Source: Candidatus Latescibacterota bacterium (GTDB taxonomy: Bacteria; Latescibacterota; UBA2968; GCA-2709665). From it: a DNA stretch of 64,000 bases. Under the pieces are notes generated by a model. The model ran no database searches and was not told the DNA's origin. It saw only the letters and a program-made list of their open reading frames with translations. Position numbers and translations under genes: made by a program. The stretch covers positions 672,001-736,000 of the forward strand of contig OZ244744.1 of assembly GCA_965219455.1 (NCBI GenBank), written 5' to 3'. Positions 37,975 through 48,373 of this stretch are shown piece by piece. Every line of letters starts with the position of its first letter. Positions within the stretch are counted from its first letter, which is position 1.

Positions 37975-39918
37975 TCAGGGTGTTATTGTTGCCGACGTCG
38001 GAACCACCGAACCCTTCTCGGCCTCGACGTGCGCAGAACCCAACGCGATGCCTAATGGCCATCCCAATCCTGTGCTGAGGTCCTCGACGTCGCTGCCGTC
38101 GAGGTTGGAACGCTGGATCTTAGCCCTCGAATGCGTCCAGTACATTTTGCCGCCGGCCACGTCCAACGCGATACCTTTTGGCTCCCAGAATCCTGTGGTG
38201 ACGAGGTCTTCAACGCCGCTGCCGTCCAGGTTGGACCGCTGTATCTTTTCCGTGCCCGATTCCATTCGGTACATTTCCCTGCCCGAATCCGTCCAGTACA
38301 TTTTGCCGCCGGCCACGTCCAGCGCGATGCCTCGTGGGGTCCCCAATCCCGTGGTGACGAGGTTTTCAACACCGCTGCCGTCCAGGTTGGACCGCTGTAT
38401 CTTTTCCGTGCCGCTATCCACCCAGTACATTTTGCCGCCGGCCACGTCCAGCGTGATGCCTCGTGGGGTTTCCAATCCCGTGGTGACGAGGGTTTCAACG
38501 CCGCTGCCGTCCAGGTTGGACCGCTGTATCTTTTCCGTGCCCCAATCCGTCCAGTACATCTTACCGCCGGCCACGTCCAACGCGAAGCCTTGTGGGCGCT
38601 CCAATCCCGTGTTGACGAGGGTTTCGACGCCGCTGCCGTCGAGGTTGGACCGCTGTATCATATCCGCGACCGAATCCGTCCAGTACATTTTGCCGCCGGC
38701 TACGTCCAGCGCGATGCCGAACGGGGCCCCCGATCCGGTGGTGACGAGGGTTTCGACGCCACTGCCGTCGAGGTTGGACCGCTGAATTTTGCCCGTTTTC
38801 CAATCTGTCCAGTACATCCTGCTCACACCCCGAGCGCCTGGCGGGGTCACCGCGGCAACCGCTATACTAACGGCAGCGGAGCAGTTATTTCCGGTATCCG
38901 ATTCACCCGTCACCGCATCCACACAGGCCCCATAGTAATACGTTCCTGGCTCTGAAGGCGCCGTGAGGTCGATCGACTCGGCGCTGGCGCCGCCGGCCGC
39001 AAGTGCCCTCGCCGCATCCGTGCCGACTTGTTTATCGCTGGTGGAGACCGTCGCGTCGGTCGTGCGGTAGTAGCGCAACGTCGTTACGGCAGACGACCCG
39101 TTGCCCTGGTTGCGGACGGTGGCACCCAGCGTGAAGGTCGCGCCCGAAGCCACGTTTTTGTTGCCGACCGACGGCGATTGGACTACGAGATCAGGGCTAC
39201 CGCCGTTCCGTACGCCCGTTGACGGCGGCCCACCAAAACCCTCCGCAAAGAGCAGAAGGTCCACAAAATCGATCGAGCCATTGGAATTCAGATCGATCCC
39301 GGCATCGTACGTCTCATCGCCCTGCCGCGAGCCGAACACGCGTGCGAGAATCAGAAGGTCCGAGAATCCAACGAAGTCGTCGCCGTCGAAGTCGGGAGAA
39401 CGCGAGGCATTGAATCTGATCACGCTCGTGGTTATGAGTTCGTCGCTCGAAGTCATACTCTCGGCCAGCGTGACCGACCCGACGCCTATGGAAAACTCCG
39501 TGGCGGTTACGTCTGAAACCGTTTCAAATTCCGCCCGCGCCAAATAGCCTGACGACGCCAACGTGACCGGGTTGCGCGCCGCGAACTGGATGCCGATCGA
39601 GCCTTCCGGAGCCGTCAGGTAGAACGCGCTGTTTTCGGCCTTGACAAAGGACAGGACGGAAGCGTCAAATTCAAACTCGATGACCATACCCAGCAGAGAC
39701 GTCCTCACGCCCGTTGCGAAAATCTCAATGGCAATCGTCGTTCCCTGTCCGGAAACAACGCCGGACGTATTCCCGTCATCCGTCCGGTTGCCCGCCCCGC
39801 CGCCGGCGATGAGATCCAGCGACACCACGGCGTCCGCGTTGGGACCGGCTGACGTCTGCCCGGCAGACGCGAAGACCAGAATGGCAACTGCCAACCACAA
39901 ACGTTTCTTCGTAGTCAT
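37975..39918 (-). CDS. Secreted cohesin-like + dockerin-like + CARDB-like + six-bladed YWTD protein
   Basis: Signal peptide, IEIFATGV..SLLGMVIEFEFDASVL, DFDGDDFVGFSD...IDLNSNGSIDFVD, one CARDB-like unit, six MYW repeats. Confidence 0.87.
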   Translation of the reverse strand: MTTKKRLWLAVAILVFASAGQTSAGPNADAVVSLDLIAGGGAGNRTDDGNTSGVVSGQGTTIAIEIFATGVRTSLLGMVIEFEFDASVLSFVKAENSAFYLTAPEGSIGIQFAARNPVTLASSGYLARAEFETVSDVTATEFSIGVGSVTLAESMTSSDELITTSVIRFNASRSPDFDGDDFVGFSDLLILARVFGSRQGDETYDAGIDLNSNGSIDFVDLLLFAEGFGGPPSTGVRNGGSPDLVVQSPSVGNKNVASGATFTLGATVRNQGNGSSAVTTLRYYRTTDATVSTSDKQVGTDAARALAAGGASAESIDLTAPSEPGTYYYGACVDAVTGESDTGNNCSAAVSIAVAAVTPPGARGVSRMYWTDWKTGKIQRSNLDGSGVETLVTTGSGAPFGIALDVAGGKMYWTDSVADMIQRSNLDGSGVETLVNTGLERPQGFALDVAGGKMYWTDWGTEKIQRSNLDGSGVETLVTTGLETPRGITLDVAGGKMYWVDSGTEKIQRSNLDGSGVENLVTTGLGTPRGIALDVAGGKMYWTDSGREMYRMESGTEKIQRSNLDGSGVEDLVTTGFWEPKGIALDVAGGKMYWTHSRAKIQRSNLDGSDVEDLSTGLGWPLGIALGSAHVEAEKGSVVPTSATITP

Positions 39919-39984
39919 CGGAGTACACCCTTTTCGTCAAGACGACCCGACACCGGACTTCGTCGCCGATATCGAACGGGCAAC

Positions 39985-40050
39985 CCCCGGGCGGCCAGGG
40001 ACAACGTTCGTGCACGGGAAGCCATTTGTCGAACGCGTCTCCTTCCTGAC
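39985..40050 (-). pseudogene. Orphan RBS + signal-peptide stub of the MASTKRTVSLAA family
   Basis: gggcggccagggacaacgttcgtgcacgggaagccatttgtcgaac resembles gggcggccagggacaccgttcgtttcgtggaagccatttgtcaaac at about 17925-17970. Confidence 0.7.
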
Positions 40051-40588
40051 GACTCGACCCTCACGCGTCTGTCCGATGTTTCCCTGAAATCGGATGGGGT
40101 GTGGTCTCACTGCAAAATTGCACACAGGTAACATTATTAGTATCAATAATACCGTATGCTACACCGGGTTTCAAGAACGAAGGTTTGTCCTATCGTTCAA
40201 GTTTTGTTCCGTATTACTATTTCTTAAGTTCAGGACTGGAAAAACGGCCAGAATGTGGATTCATGCCCGACCTGACGGTGGCGGGGTATTGAACGTGACG
40301 GCGCTTGTCCTGATCGACGCACCGGTAATCCTGGCGGGGGACGCGGAGGGTAGACACGGCAAAGCAGGCAGACGCCGAAATGCACGTCAAGGCGCCCCAG
40401 ACCGCCGGTGGCCTGGCTCGGAGCAGGAGAGATTCTAGGCGCTCAATGAAGGAAGGAAAGTCGGGAAGAGAAAAGGGTCGAGGCGGGGGTGAGCGGCTTC
40501 GGCCCCTGTACTGGTTGTGCGATGAAATGGATGCGTCTGGCGGTTTTGGGCTGGATGGCTTCGTAATTCGAGTCGCTAAGCGGGTGGT

Positions 40589-43500
40589 TCAACGCCGCCA
40601 CGAGGCCGCATCCGGGATGCCGTGGCTGGTCAGGACCTCCAGTTCCGGTTCCGTCAGCCCGAGGGTGGCGGCAGGCCGCTTCGCCGCCGCCTCAGGCCAG
40701 TCCCGCAGGATGCCCCGAACGTCTCCAGTGGCGCGGTCCAGCAGGAGCGTGGCAGAGGGGTCCTCCCGGCCGTCCAGTATGGAAACGCCCTCGGGGCCCG
40801 AAAGCGCAATGCGCGCCAGCCTGCCGGGCCATTCTTCGTGTACCGGAAGTATGAAGGCGAAAGAGCCGCCCTTTGCGCCGCACCCGTACTCGGGCATGCC
40901 GAAAGGCAGGCTGAACAGGTTGTTGCCTCGGTCATCCTCGCCCGTGATCGTGTACGGACCGTCTATCCGCGCCAGGGAAGGCGTCGCGCTGACCACGAAA
41001 GCCGGTTCGAGAAAGAGTTCGTTGTTCTCGTTCAGACCACCCCAGACCAGCAGGCTTTTCGTGGCCGGGGCTTTGGCCGCCGCCAGCGGCGCGCCCTCGC
41101 CTCGAGCGCGGTGGGCAAGCGCCCTGGCAAACGAGTAATCGCTTATCCATTGGGGATCGCAGTACGTCATCAGATCGGACGTTGCGGGGCTCACCACCGA
41201 TTCGTTGAGGAAATCGTATCCCCACGCGCCGATGGCGCCGTCCTCGTAGGGATATTCCGGATCCGGACCGGCCGGGCCGCATCCCGGGGCGTGCGCCAGA
41301 TTGAGGTTGTGGCCGAGTTCGTGCGCAATGACGTTCCCGTCGAGGATGGAAAGACTTACAAATCCAGGCAATCTGGCTATTCCTCGCAGACCGCTTCGGC
41401 CCACGCTTCTGAAGATCGCCATATAATGGCCTTTCGCGCCTTCCATGGCGTAAATCAGGTCGGTTTCGGGCCCTAACTGTTGAGTGCTGTCGGAGGTGGG
41501 ATCCACGGAAGTCATTACCGGCTCATGAACCTTCAGTCGGAACTCGCGCACCGGCAGAATATCGCGGGTCAGCCGGAATAGATCGGATTCTGAGGACAGA
41601 CCCTCCGTCTGTGTCAGCACGGAACGGTCCGGGTTCTCTTCCCACAGAAACGGTACCAGCGTCAGATCAAAGGGCGGCACGGACCGCACGTGCAGCGTAT
41701 TGCGGCCACTCCGGGGGACGCGGGCGGCGATGCCCAGGGCCGCATCCAGGGTCTGGCCGGGGTCGATCTCGACCACCATCTCCAACCCCGGCGTCACAAC
41801 GGAGCCAGGCACCACCGCGTTGGCTGAATTCAACAGTGACGCCTCGTTGACCTGCCAGGGGATGCTCGTGGCCTGGCCCCCGATGTTCGCAGTGTGTACC
41901 TCGATCCCGTCCCTGTAGAAGGTCGCCCGCACGGGGGGCATGGTGGCATCGGCCTCTCTGTCCGCCGTGACGAACACGCGCAGCAGCGCTGGTTCGCCGG
42001 CAACCAGGGGCACGGGATATTCGAGCGACTGCGTCGCCTGCACCAGGTAGGCCGCTGCCTCGTCGGAACGGGCGCAGTTCGGCACGCGGGTGTATGAGAT
42101 TGCCCTCAACCAGTGCTGGAATCCGGCGTCCTGCGGTGAACACAGGAGTGTTTCCTGCAGTATCAATGTTTCAAGGGTGAGACCCGTAAGGGCGGCGGGC
42201 AGCGTGCCGGACAGGGCGCCGTTGAAGGCGAGGTTCAACGATGTGAGATTGGTGAGTTGTCCCAGTTCCGGCGGGATATTGCCTGTCAATTGGTTTGCAG
42301 ATAGATTCAGCTTCCGGAGATGGGTGAGTCGCCCCAGTTCCGGCGGGATATTGCCCGTCAACTGGTTTGTGGAGAGATACAGCTCCTGGAGGTCGGTGAG
42401 CTGTCCCAGATCCGGTGGGATGTTCCCGGTCAACTGGTTCTCGCGAAGGTTCAACCATTTGAGATTCGTGAGTCGTCCCAGTTCCGGCGGGATATTGCCT
42501 GTCAACTGGTTAGTGGTGACGTTCAACGATGTGAGTTTGGTGAGTTGACCGAGTTCCGTTGGGATGCTGCCCGTCAACTGGTTTGTGGATAGTCGCAGTC
42601 TTCTGAGGTTGGTGAGCCGCCCCATTTCCGGGGGTATCGCACCCGTTAGTGTGGTATTTATAATCAGTAACTCTTCGAGTTTCGTGAGTTGTCCCAGTTC
42701 CGCGGGTATGTTGCCGGTGAAGAAGTTATCGACAAGATACAGCTTTCTCAGATTGGTGAGTTGCCCCAGTTCCGGTGGAATTTCACCTGAGAGGTTATTG
42801 TACCATAGAACCAGGCTTTCCAAGTTTCTGAGTCCCCCCAGTTCCGAAGGGATCTCACCGTCCAGCGGGTTGCTATCAAGTACCAATGTTTTAAGGCTGG
42901 TGAGTCGCCCAAGTTCCGAGGGGATATTGCCACGCAACGGATTCGAGCTAAGGTTCAACACCGTGAGATTGGAGAGTTTCCACAGTTCGGCGGGTATCTC
43001 GCCTGTTAGCTTATTAGACGCGAGAATCAGGCTATCCAGATTGGCGAGCTGTCCCAGTTCGGGAGGAACGTTGCCCGATAACTCGTTTCCTGACAGATTC
43101 AGCCCTCTGAGATCGGAGAGTTGCCCGAGTTCCTTGGGTATGTTTCCGGTTAAGTGATTTGCGGACAGATCCAGTGTCGCGAGTCTGTTAAGCTGCTCGA
43201 GATCCACCGGGATCGTCCCTTGCAGGTTGTTCTCATTCAGTACCAATCCGGTCACGCGCCCGGCGGCGTCGGTGGTCACGCCGTGCCATGCGCCCAGGGG
43301 CGCGGTGCCCGTCCAGTTCGTCGCATTCTTCCAGTTACTCCCTTCCGTGCCCCTGTATAGGGCGACCAGGGAGTAATAGTCCGGGCGGACGTCGGCACAA
43401 CGGGCAACGTCGCTGTCCGGTATCCCGTTAAGCCACGTCTGGAATTCGGCAAGGGGGGGCGCGCAAAGCCGCGTACCGTCCAATTTCAGGGATTCGAGTC

Positions 43501-45036
43501 GCAGACGCGTGAGCCCCTTTTGCAATGGACCGGACAACGCGGCGTTGGAGGCGAGGTCCAGCGTCTTTAGGTAGGTCAATGCGCTTAGTGACAACGGAAG
43601 CAGCCCCTTCATGTTGTTGTCCCTCAGGTTCAAATCCGTCACGCGGCCGCTGTCATCGGTGGCGACGCCGAACCATTCCCCGAGGGGCGTCAGGGTCGAC
43701 CAGTTTTTTCTGTTCGTCCATTTCAGTCCGTTCGTCTGCCTGAAGAGCGCTATCAAAGCCTCCCGTTCCAGGTTAACGCAACGGGAAATTCCCTGTTTGT
43801 TCGGGACAATTTCGAGCCAGTCCTCGAATTCGGAGATCAGCGGCATACATACCCCCGTGCCACTCAAATAAAGATGATCCAACGCAAGCCTCGTGAATGA
43901 CTCGGGAATCGGGCCCGACAGGTTGGCGTTGCCCGTGAGAGCCAGTAGGGTAAGGCCGTCTAACTGTCCCAGTTCGGGCGGAATCGTCCCCGTCAACTGA
44001 TTATAACCGAGCCACAGCTCTACGAGTTTTGACAGATTGCCCAACTCAGAGGGTATCGTCCCCGTCAACTGGTTGCCTTCGAGGGTCAGATATTCCAACT
44101 TGGTGAGCTGTCCGAGTTCGGGCGGGATCTCGCCCTTCAACCCACAACGGGGAAGCCACAGCTGCCAGAGCCTGCTGAGTTTCGCAAGTTCGGATGGAAT
44201 CGTCCCCGTCAACTGATTATCCCCGAGCGCCAGAGATTCGAGTTTTGACAGACTGAGCAACTCAGAGGGTATCGTCCCCGTCAACTGATTGTCGCCAAGG
44301 GACAAATAGGTAAGATTGGATAACCGCCCCAGTTCCGCAGGAATCGTCCCCGTCAACTGATTATCCTCGAGCGCCAGAAATTCGAGTTTTGACAGATTGC
44401 CCAACTCAGAGGGTATCGTCCCCGTCAACTGGTTGTCGCCAAGGTACAACCTTCTGAGATTGGATAACCGCCCCAGTTCCGCAGGAATCTCACCTGACAA
44501 ACCGTTGCCCACACGGATACCATTTGATCCCTCGCCAACAGTGTCACCGCTGCTTGTTCTGACCGCGTAAATCTCCAACCTCGTCACCCGTCCGTTAGCG
44601 TCGGTGCTCACGCCGTACCATTCCCTCAGGGGTTTGTCGCTCAGCCAGTTCGTCTTGACCGCCAGTTCGCCCCATCCGTCGCGTTGTAGAATGCGACCAG
44701 TACTGCGCGGTCGTCAGCGGGTAACTCCTTGCCGAAGTTCTCAGCAAAGATCAGAAAGTCCGCAAACCCGATCTCGGCATCGCCGTTGAGATCAAACTGC
44801 GCGTCATATCCGACGTCACCCTGACTCAGGCCGAACTTTGCCGCAAACTTCACGAAGTCGCCAAAGCCAACCGTCCCGTCGCCGTCGAAGTCGGGAAGAG
44901 ACGAGCCGTTGTCCTCGACCGTGATGGCTTGCGTTGTCGCGCGGTCATCGTCTGTACCGGAACCGAAAGCCACGTGACACACGACCGCCAGGAACAGAAG
45001 GCCGGCACTGCACAGAGTTACAGTTCGCAATGGCAT
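40589..45036 (-). pseudogene. Frameshifted secreted dockerin-like + three plant-type LRR blocks + C-terminal zinc metallopeptidase
   Basis: 44641-45036 encodes signal peptide and dockerin; adding one base near 44661 restores ANW.VKTNWLSDKPLREWYGV into the 1340-aa ORF; HELGHNLNLAH...DLMTYC. Confidence 0.8.
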
Positions 45037-45343
45037 TTTGTACTCTCCTGGTGATCGGTGTTGGCTGAACCCCTTTGACCCCTCAAGCAAAAAAACCTGG
45101 CCAGGGCATAATTCTTGTCTGCTCAGCTAATGGACAGTATTAATCCAAATGTACTACGTATCACTGACGCCAGTCAAGCCCGATAGTTTGTCTCAACGTT
45201 CGCTATTTGTCCCCGTTTCCACTATTTTGCGCCATGACCGCATTTGCCGCTGGGCGCGGCGCTCAATTGGGGACGAGACACGCCGGGGTCAGCCGGGTGA
45301 CGAATCTGAGTACAGCCTCCTGACCAACGTCAAGGAATATCCC

Positions 45344-45379
45344 TTGACTTATATGTATAATTTATGCATATTATAGCAT
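45344..45379 (+). promoter_or_regulatory. Putative sigma70 promoter with overlapping inverted-repeat operator for vapBC
   Basis: TTGACT-N17-CATATT; inverted repeat atatgtataa-t-ttatgcatat; no SD before ATG 45380. Confidence 0.6.
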
Positions 45380-45577
45380 ATGAGAACGACGCTCAATATA
45401 GACGATGCCCTGCTGAACCAGGCATCCGCTTTAACCGGTATCAAACAGAAAACCGCCCTGGTCAGGCTTGGCCTCAAAGCCCTGATCGCCCGCGAGAGCA
45501 GCAAGAGGCTCGCGGAACTCGAAGGCACGGAAAAAAGCCTGCTGCCAGTCCAGAGGCGGCGTCCCGAAAACCCGTAG
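45380..45577 (+). CDS. vapB: Type II antitoxin, VapB family
   Basis: MRTTLNIDDALL...TGIKQKTALVRLGLKALIARES; directly upstream of a PIN gene. Confidence 0.9.
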   Translation: MRTTLNIDDALLNQASALTGIKQKTALVRLGLKALIARESSKRLAELEGTEKSLLPVQRRRPENP

Positions 45578-45579
45578 CC

Positions 45580-45942
45580 ATGGTCCTTGTCGATACGCCA
45601 ATATGGTTCTCGTTCCTTCGCACAGGGAATAGACGATTGCGGGCGCTCCTGCGCGAAGCAAAGGTCGCATGCCATCCGTTGATCGTGGGAGAACTGGCCT
45701 GCGGGAAGTTGGACAACAAGACGGACTTTCTCACGTTGCTTCAAACGCTTCCGCAGGCGTCCACGGCCAGCCAGCGGGAAGTCCTGCATTTTATCGATCA
45801 CCATCAGCTATCCGGCGCGGGAATCGGCTTGATCGACGCGCACCTGATGGCTTCCGCCAGGTTGACGGACCTGCTGTTGTGGACTTCAGAGGGTAATTTG
45901 CGGGCGGCCGCCGGTCGACTGGGAATCGCTTACCGATATTGA
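45580..45942 (+). CDS. vapC: Type II toxin, VapC PIN-domain ribonuclease
   Basis: MVLVDTPIW, HPLIVGELACG, GLIDAHL, LLWTSE. Confidence 0.9.
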   Translation: MVLVDTPIWFSFLRTGNRRLRALLREAKVACHPLIVGELACGKLDNKTDFLTLLQTLPQASTASQREVLHFIDHHQLSGAGIGLIDAHLMASARLTDLLLWTSEGNLRAAAGRLGIAYRY

Positions 45943-45985
45943 GGTCAGCGTCCGGAGCGCGTCATTTCTTTATCGAGAGGAGAAA

Positions 45986-46492
45986 GTGTCAATGATCAGA
46001 TACCTCGCCCCGGCACTGGCGGTGTTCTACCTGCTGAGTGCAGCCAACTCGGAAACACACGCCCAGATCGCCTTCCGCGCAGGCGGCGGACTCTATGTCG
46101 AAGACAAAGAACCCGGCTGGCACGGATCCATCATCCTGCCGTTCGGCAGCAAACCCGCCGGGGTGATGCTCGCCGGCGAGTACTACGAAAAAGATGGTGT
46201 GATTACCGTGCCGCTATCCATCAGGGGGCTCTACAAAATCCCCCTGGGAGGCAAGTTCCGCATTTACGGCGGCGGCGGAAGCGGTCTGATATACACGAAA
46301 GAGGAATCGGATACCGAACTCATCGACCTGTCGTCCACGAAATTGCTTTTTACCGCCGTGGCGGGTGTGAACATCAAATGGCTGGGTCCGTTTAGATTCT
46401 TTGTAGAAACCACCATGGACCGGGGCGTAGCCGACGACGGGGAAAACAAATACGGTGCAAAGGCCGGCATCTCTCTCACGCTCATCGACTGA
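45986..46492 (+). CDS. Outer-membrane beta-barrel protein (small, probably 8-stranded)
   Basis: Signal peptide (AHA-like site) and alternating amphipathic strands (IYGGGGSG...YGAKAGISL). Confidence 0.65.
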   Translation: MSMIRYLAPALAVFYLLSAANSETHAQIAFRAGGGLYVEDKEPGWHGSIILPFGSKPAGVMLAGEYYEKDGVITVPLSIRGLYKIPLGGKFRIYGGGGSGLIYTKEESDTELIDLSSTKLLFTAVAGVNIKWLGPFRFFVETTMDRGVADDGENKYGAKAGISLTLID

Positions 46493-46524
46493 GAGGCGGC
46501 ACCTTTCGAGAATGGCGATTCGTC

Positions 46525-46590
46525 CGAATTATTACGTAATTATTTACGTATTATAATATATATTTTATATTTAAATTACTTTATATGACG
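46525..46590. promoter_or_regulatory. Very AT-rich regulatory tract with attacgtaat palindrome upstream of XRE regulator
   Basis: aattattacgtaattatttacgtattataatatatattttatattt within GC-rich DNA; contains TATAAT. Confidence 0.5.
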
Positions 46591-46643
46591 GCAGACATGC
46601 TCCATTGTCAACCGTCGGTCAGGCTTCTATCCCAATTCGTCCG

Positions 46644-46874
46644 ATGCTGAAATTTCAACTCCATATTCTCATGGCCGAAAAGGGTCCTGACAGGCCTTAC
46701 AGGATCTCGGAAATCGCCAGGTTGACGGGGCTTCAGGCCAACACCGTATCCGCCATCTTCAACAACCGGGCCAGACGGATCGATCTGGCCACCATCGAAT
46801 CTCTCTGCCAGGCGCTGGATTGCACGCCCGGCGATCTCTTCCAATACAAACCGGAACCAGACGCAACTGACTGA
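46644..46874 (+). CDS. Cro/C1 (XRE) HTH transcriptional regulator
   Basis: ISEIARLTGLQANTVSAIFNN...IDLATIESLCQALDCTPGDLFQY. Confidence 0.85.
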   Translation: MLKFQLHILMAEKGPDRPYRISEIARLTGLQANTVSAIFNNRARRIDLATIESLCQALDCTPGDLFQYKPEPDATD

Positions 46875-46901
46875 ATCCCCACCACAAGGAGACGTGCCAC
46901 C

Positions 46902-48044
46902 ATGAAAATTACCGCGGTCAAGACCTTTCTCGTCACTTACAGCAACCGTCCGAGGGCGCTCATCAAGGTGGAAACCGACGAGGGCCTCTACGGATGGGGC
47001 GAAGCCTATTCCGTCGGGCCTGACCTCTCCATCGAACCCATTGTTAACTACGTCGCCACGTGGTTCGTGGGTGAAGATCCCCGCCGAATCGAATACCTGA
47101 TGATGAAGACCCACCAGCAGTTCCGTTTTCCCGCGGGCGGCACCGGCCTGGCCGCCATATCCGGCATCGAACACGCGCTGTGGGACATCAGCGGCAAAGC
47201 AGCCAACGTACCCGTCTACATGCTTCTGGGCGGCAACCTGCGAGACCGCGTCTGGGTCTACCAGAGCTGCGGCGGGCCGACAGGAGCAGCCGCGGCTGAG
47301 GGGGCGCAACGGTTGAATGCCAAATGGGGGTTTACGGCGTTCAAGACCAGTCCCTTCCTGTTGAATCCCGACGCCAACCGATGGGGACGGGTATGCGCAG
47401 CAGCAGCCGAATACTTCGAAGACCTGCGAAAGCATACGCCCGACGACTGGGAATTCGCGTTCGATCCGCACGCCAAGATCTTCGAACCCGTCAGAGCCCT
47501 GCAACTCGCCAATGCCTTGGCCCCCTACGATCCCCTGTTCTACGAAGAGCCCCTCAGACCGGAACACATCCCCGCCTGGGAACAGTTGCGCAGCCAGATG
47601 CTGGTGCCGCTGGCAACAGGGGAATCCCTGTACGCACGCTTTGAATTCCTGAATCTCATCGCCGCAAGGGCAGCCGACATCATCCAGCCCGACGTCTGCG
47701 TATGCGGGGGCCTCCTCGAAATGCGAAAAATCGCCGCTATCGCCGAAGCCCATTACGTCACCATCGCGCCGCACAACCCGATGGGGCCGATCGCAACGGC
47801 GGTCAACGTGCACTTCGCCGCCGCAACGCATAACTTCAAGATCCTGGAATACGTCATCCCCGTGGGCTCTCGATGGATGGAGTACGTCCCGGACCCCTAC
47901 CTGCCGGTCGACGGATACCTGGAACTCAGAGACCGACCGGGCCTGGGCATCGAGGTAAACGAAGACGCGCTTACCGATGAAGAGGTCCCCCACTGGCAGC
48001 GCACGGCGCCCGTCCGACCCGACGGCTCCACGGGATATATATAA
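46902..48044 (+). CDS. Mandelate racemase/enolase-superfamily acid-sugar dehydratase (galactonate dehydratase-like)
   Basis: VETDEGLYGWGE, DPHAK, FYEEP, ATGE, IIQPD, APHNP motifs. Confidence 0.9.
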   Translation: MKITAVKTFLVTYSNRPRALIKVETDEGLYGWGEAYSVGPDLSIEPIVNYVATWFVGEDPRRIEYLMMKTHQQFRFPAGGTGLAAISGIEHALWDISGKAANVPVYMLLGGNLRDRVWVYQSCGGPTGAAAAEGAQRLNAKWGFTAFKTSPFLLNPDANRWGRVCAAAAEYFEDLRKHTPDDWEFAFDPHAKIFEPVRALQLANALAPYDPLFYEEPLRPEHIPAWEQLRSQMLVPLATGESLYARFEFLNLIAARAADIIQPDVCVCGGLLEMRKIAAIAEAHYVTIAPHNPMGPIATAVNVHFAAATHNFKILEYVIPVGSRWMEYVPDPYLPVDGYLELRDRPGLGIEVNEDALTDEEVPHWQRTAPVRPDGSTGYI

Positions 48045-48130
48045 AATCAGCCATCAGCGTACAGCTGTCAGCTTAAACCGGTTAGCGATAAGGCCTTGCG
48101 ATATCAACAAGCATTTTGTGCGCCACGACG

Positions 48131-48156
48131 AGGGCAACCACGAGGGTTGCCCCTAC
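48131..48156. repeat. REP-like element, dispersed family copy
   Basis: agggcaaccacgagggttgcccctac, one mismatch to 2472-2497. Confidence 0.8.
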
Positions 48157-48373
48157 AAGACCAGCGACGTCGCGAAAGGTTTTGTGGCCCCTCGCTATTC
48201 GCCTTTCCCTCCATCTAAGCCAAGGCCACTCTGCCGAAATCCCTTGCAATTGCCTTAGGCAGGTGGTACCATCAACGTCGTAGTTTAGCAGTCCGTTGAT
48301 AGGCCTTTCGTTCACCGTATCAGCCGGGCGTCGAGAATTGGACGTCCCCGGGCGCCTGCCAACTGCATTTGGA

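Noticed and set aside
40094-40588. Possible IS remnant or ORF in the gap between genes (EGRHGK reminiscent of ISAs1 HGR motif)
   Set aside because: Similarity is too short; no terminal inverted repeats or DDE context identified
20343-43360. Many long plus-strand ORFs over the array (e.g. 20343-21677, 35894-37225, 37886-38785)
   Set aside because: Antisense shadows of GC-rich repetitive minus-strand genes with no recognisable motifs
44641-44680. Programmed ribosomal frameshift or phase-variable tract
   Set aside because: No slippery heptamer or long homopolymer/SSR at the shift site
9498-45036. Classical cellulosome
   Set aside because: No glycoside hydrolase, CBM3 or multi-cohesin scaffoldin recognised; payloads are repeat domains and peptidases
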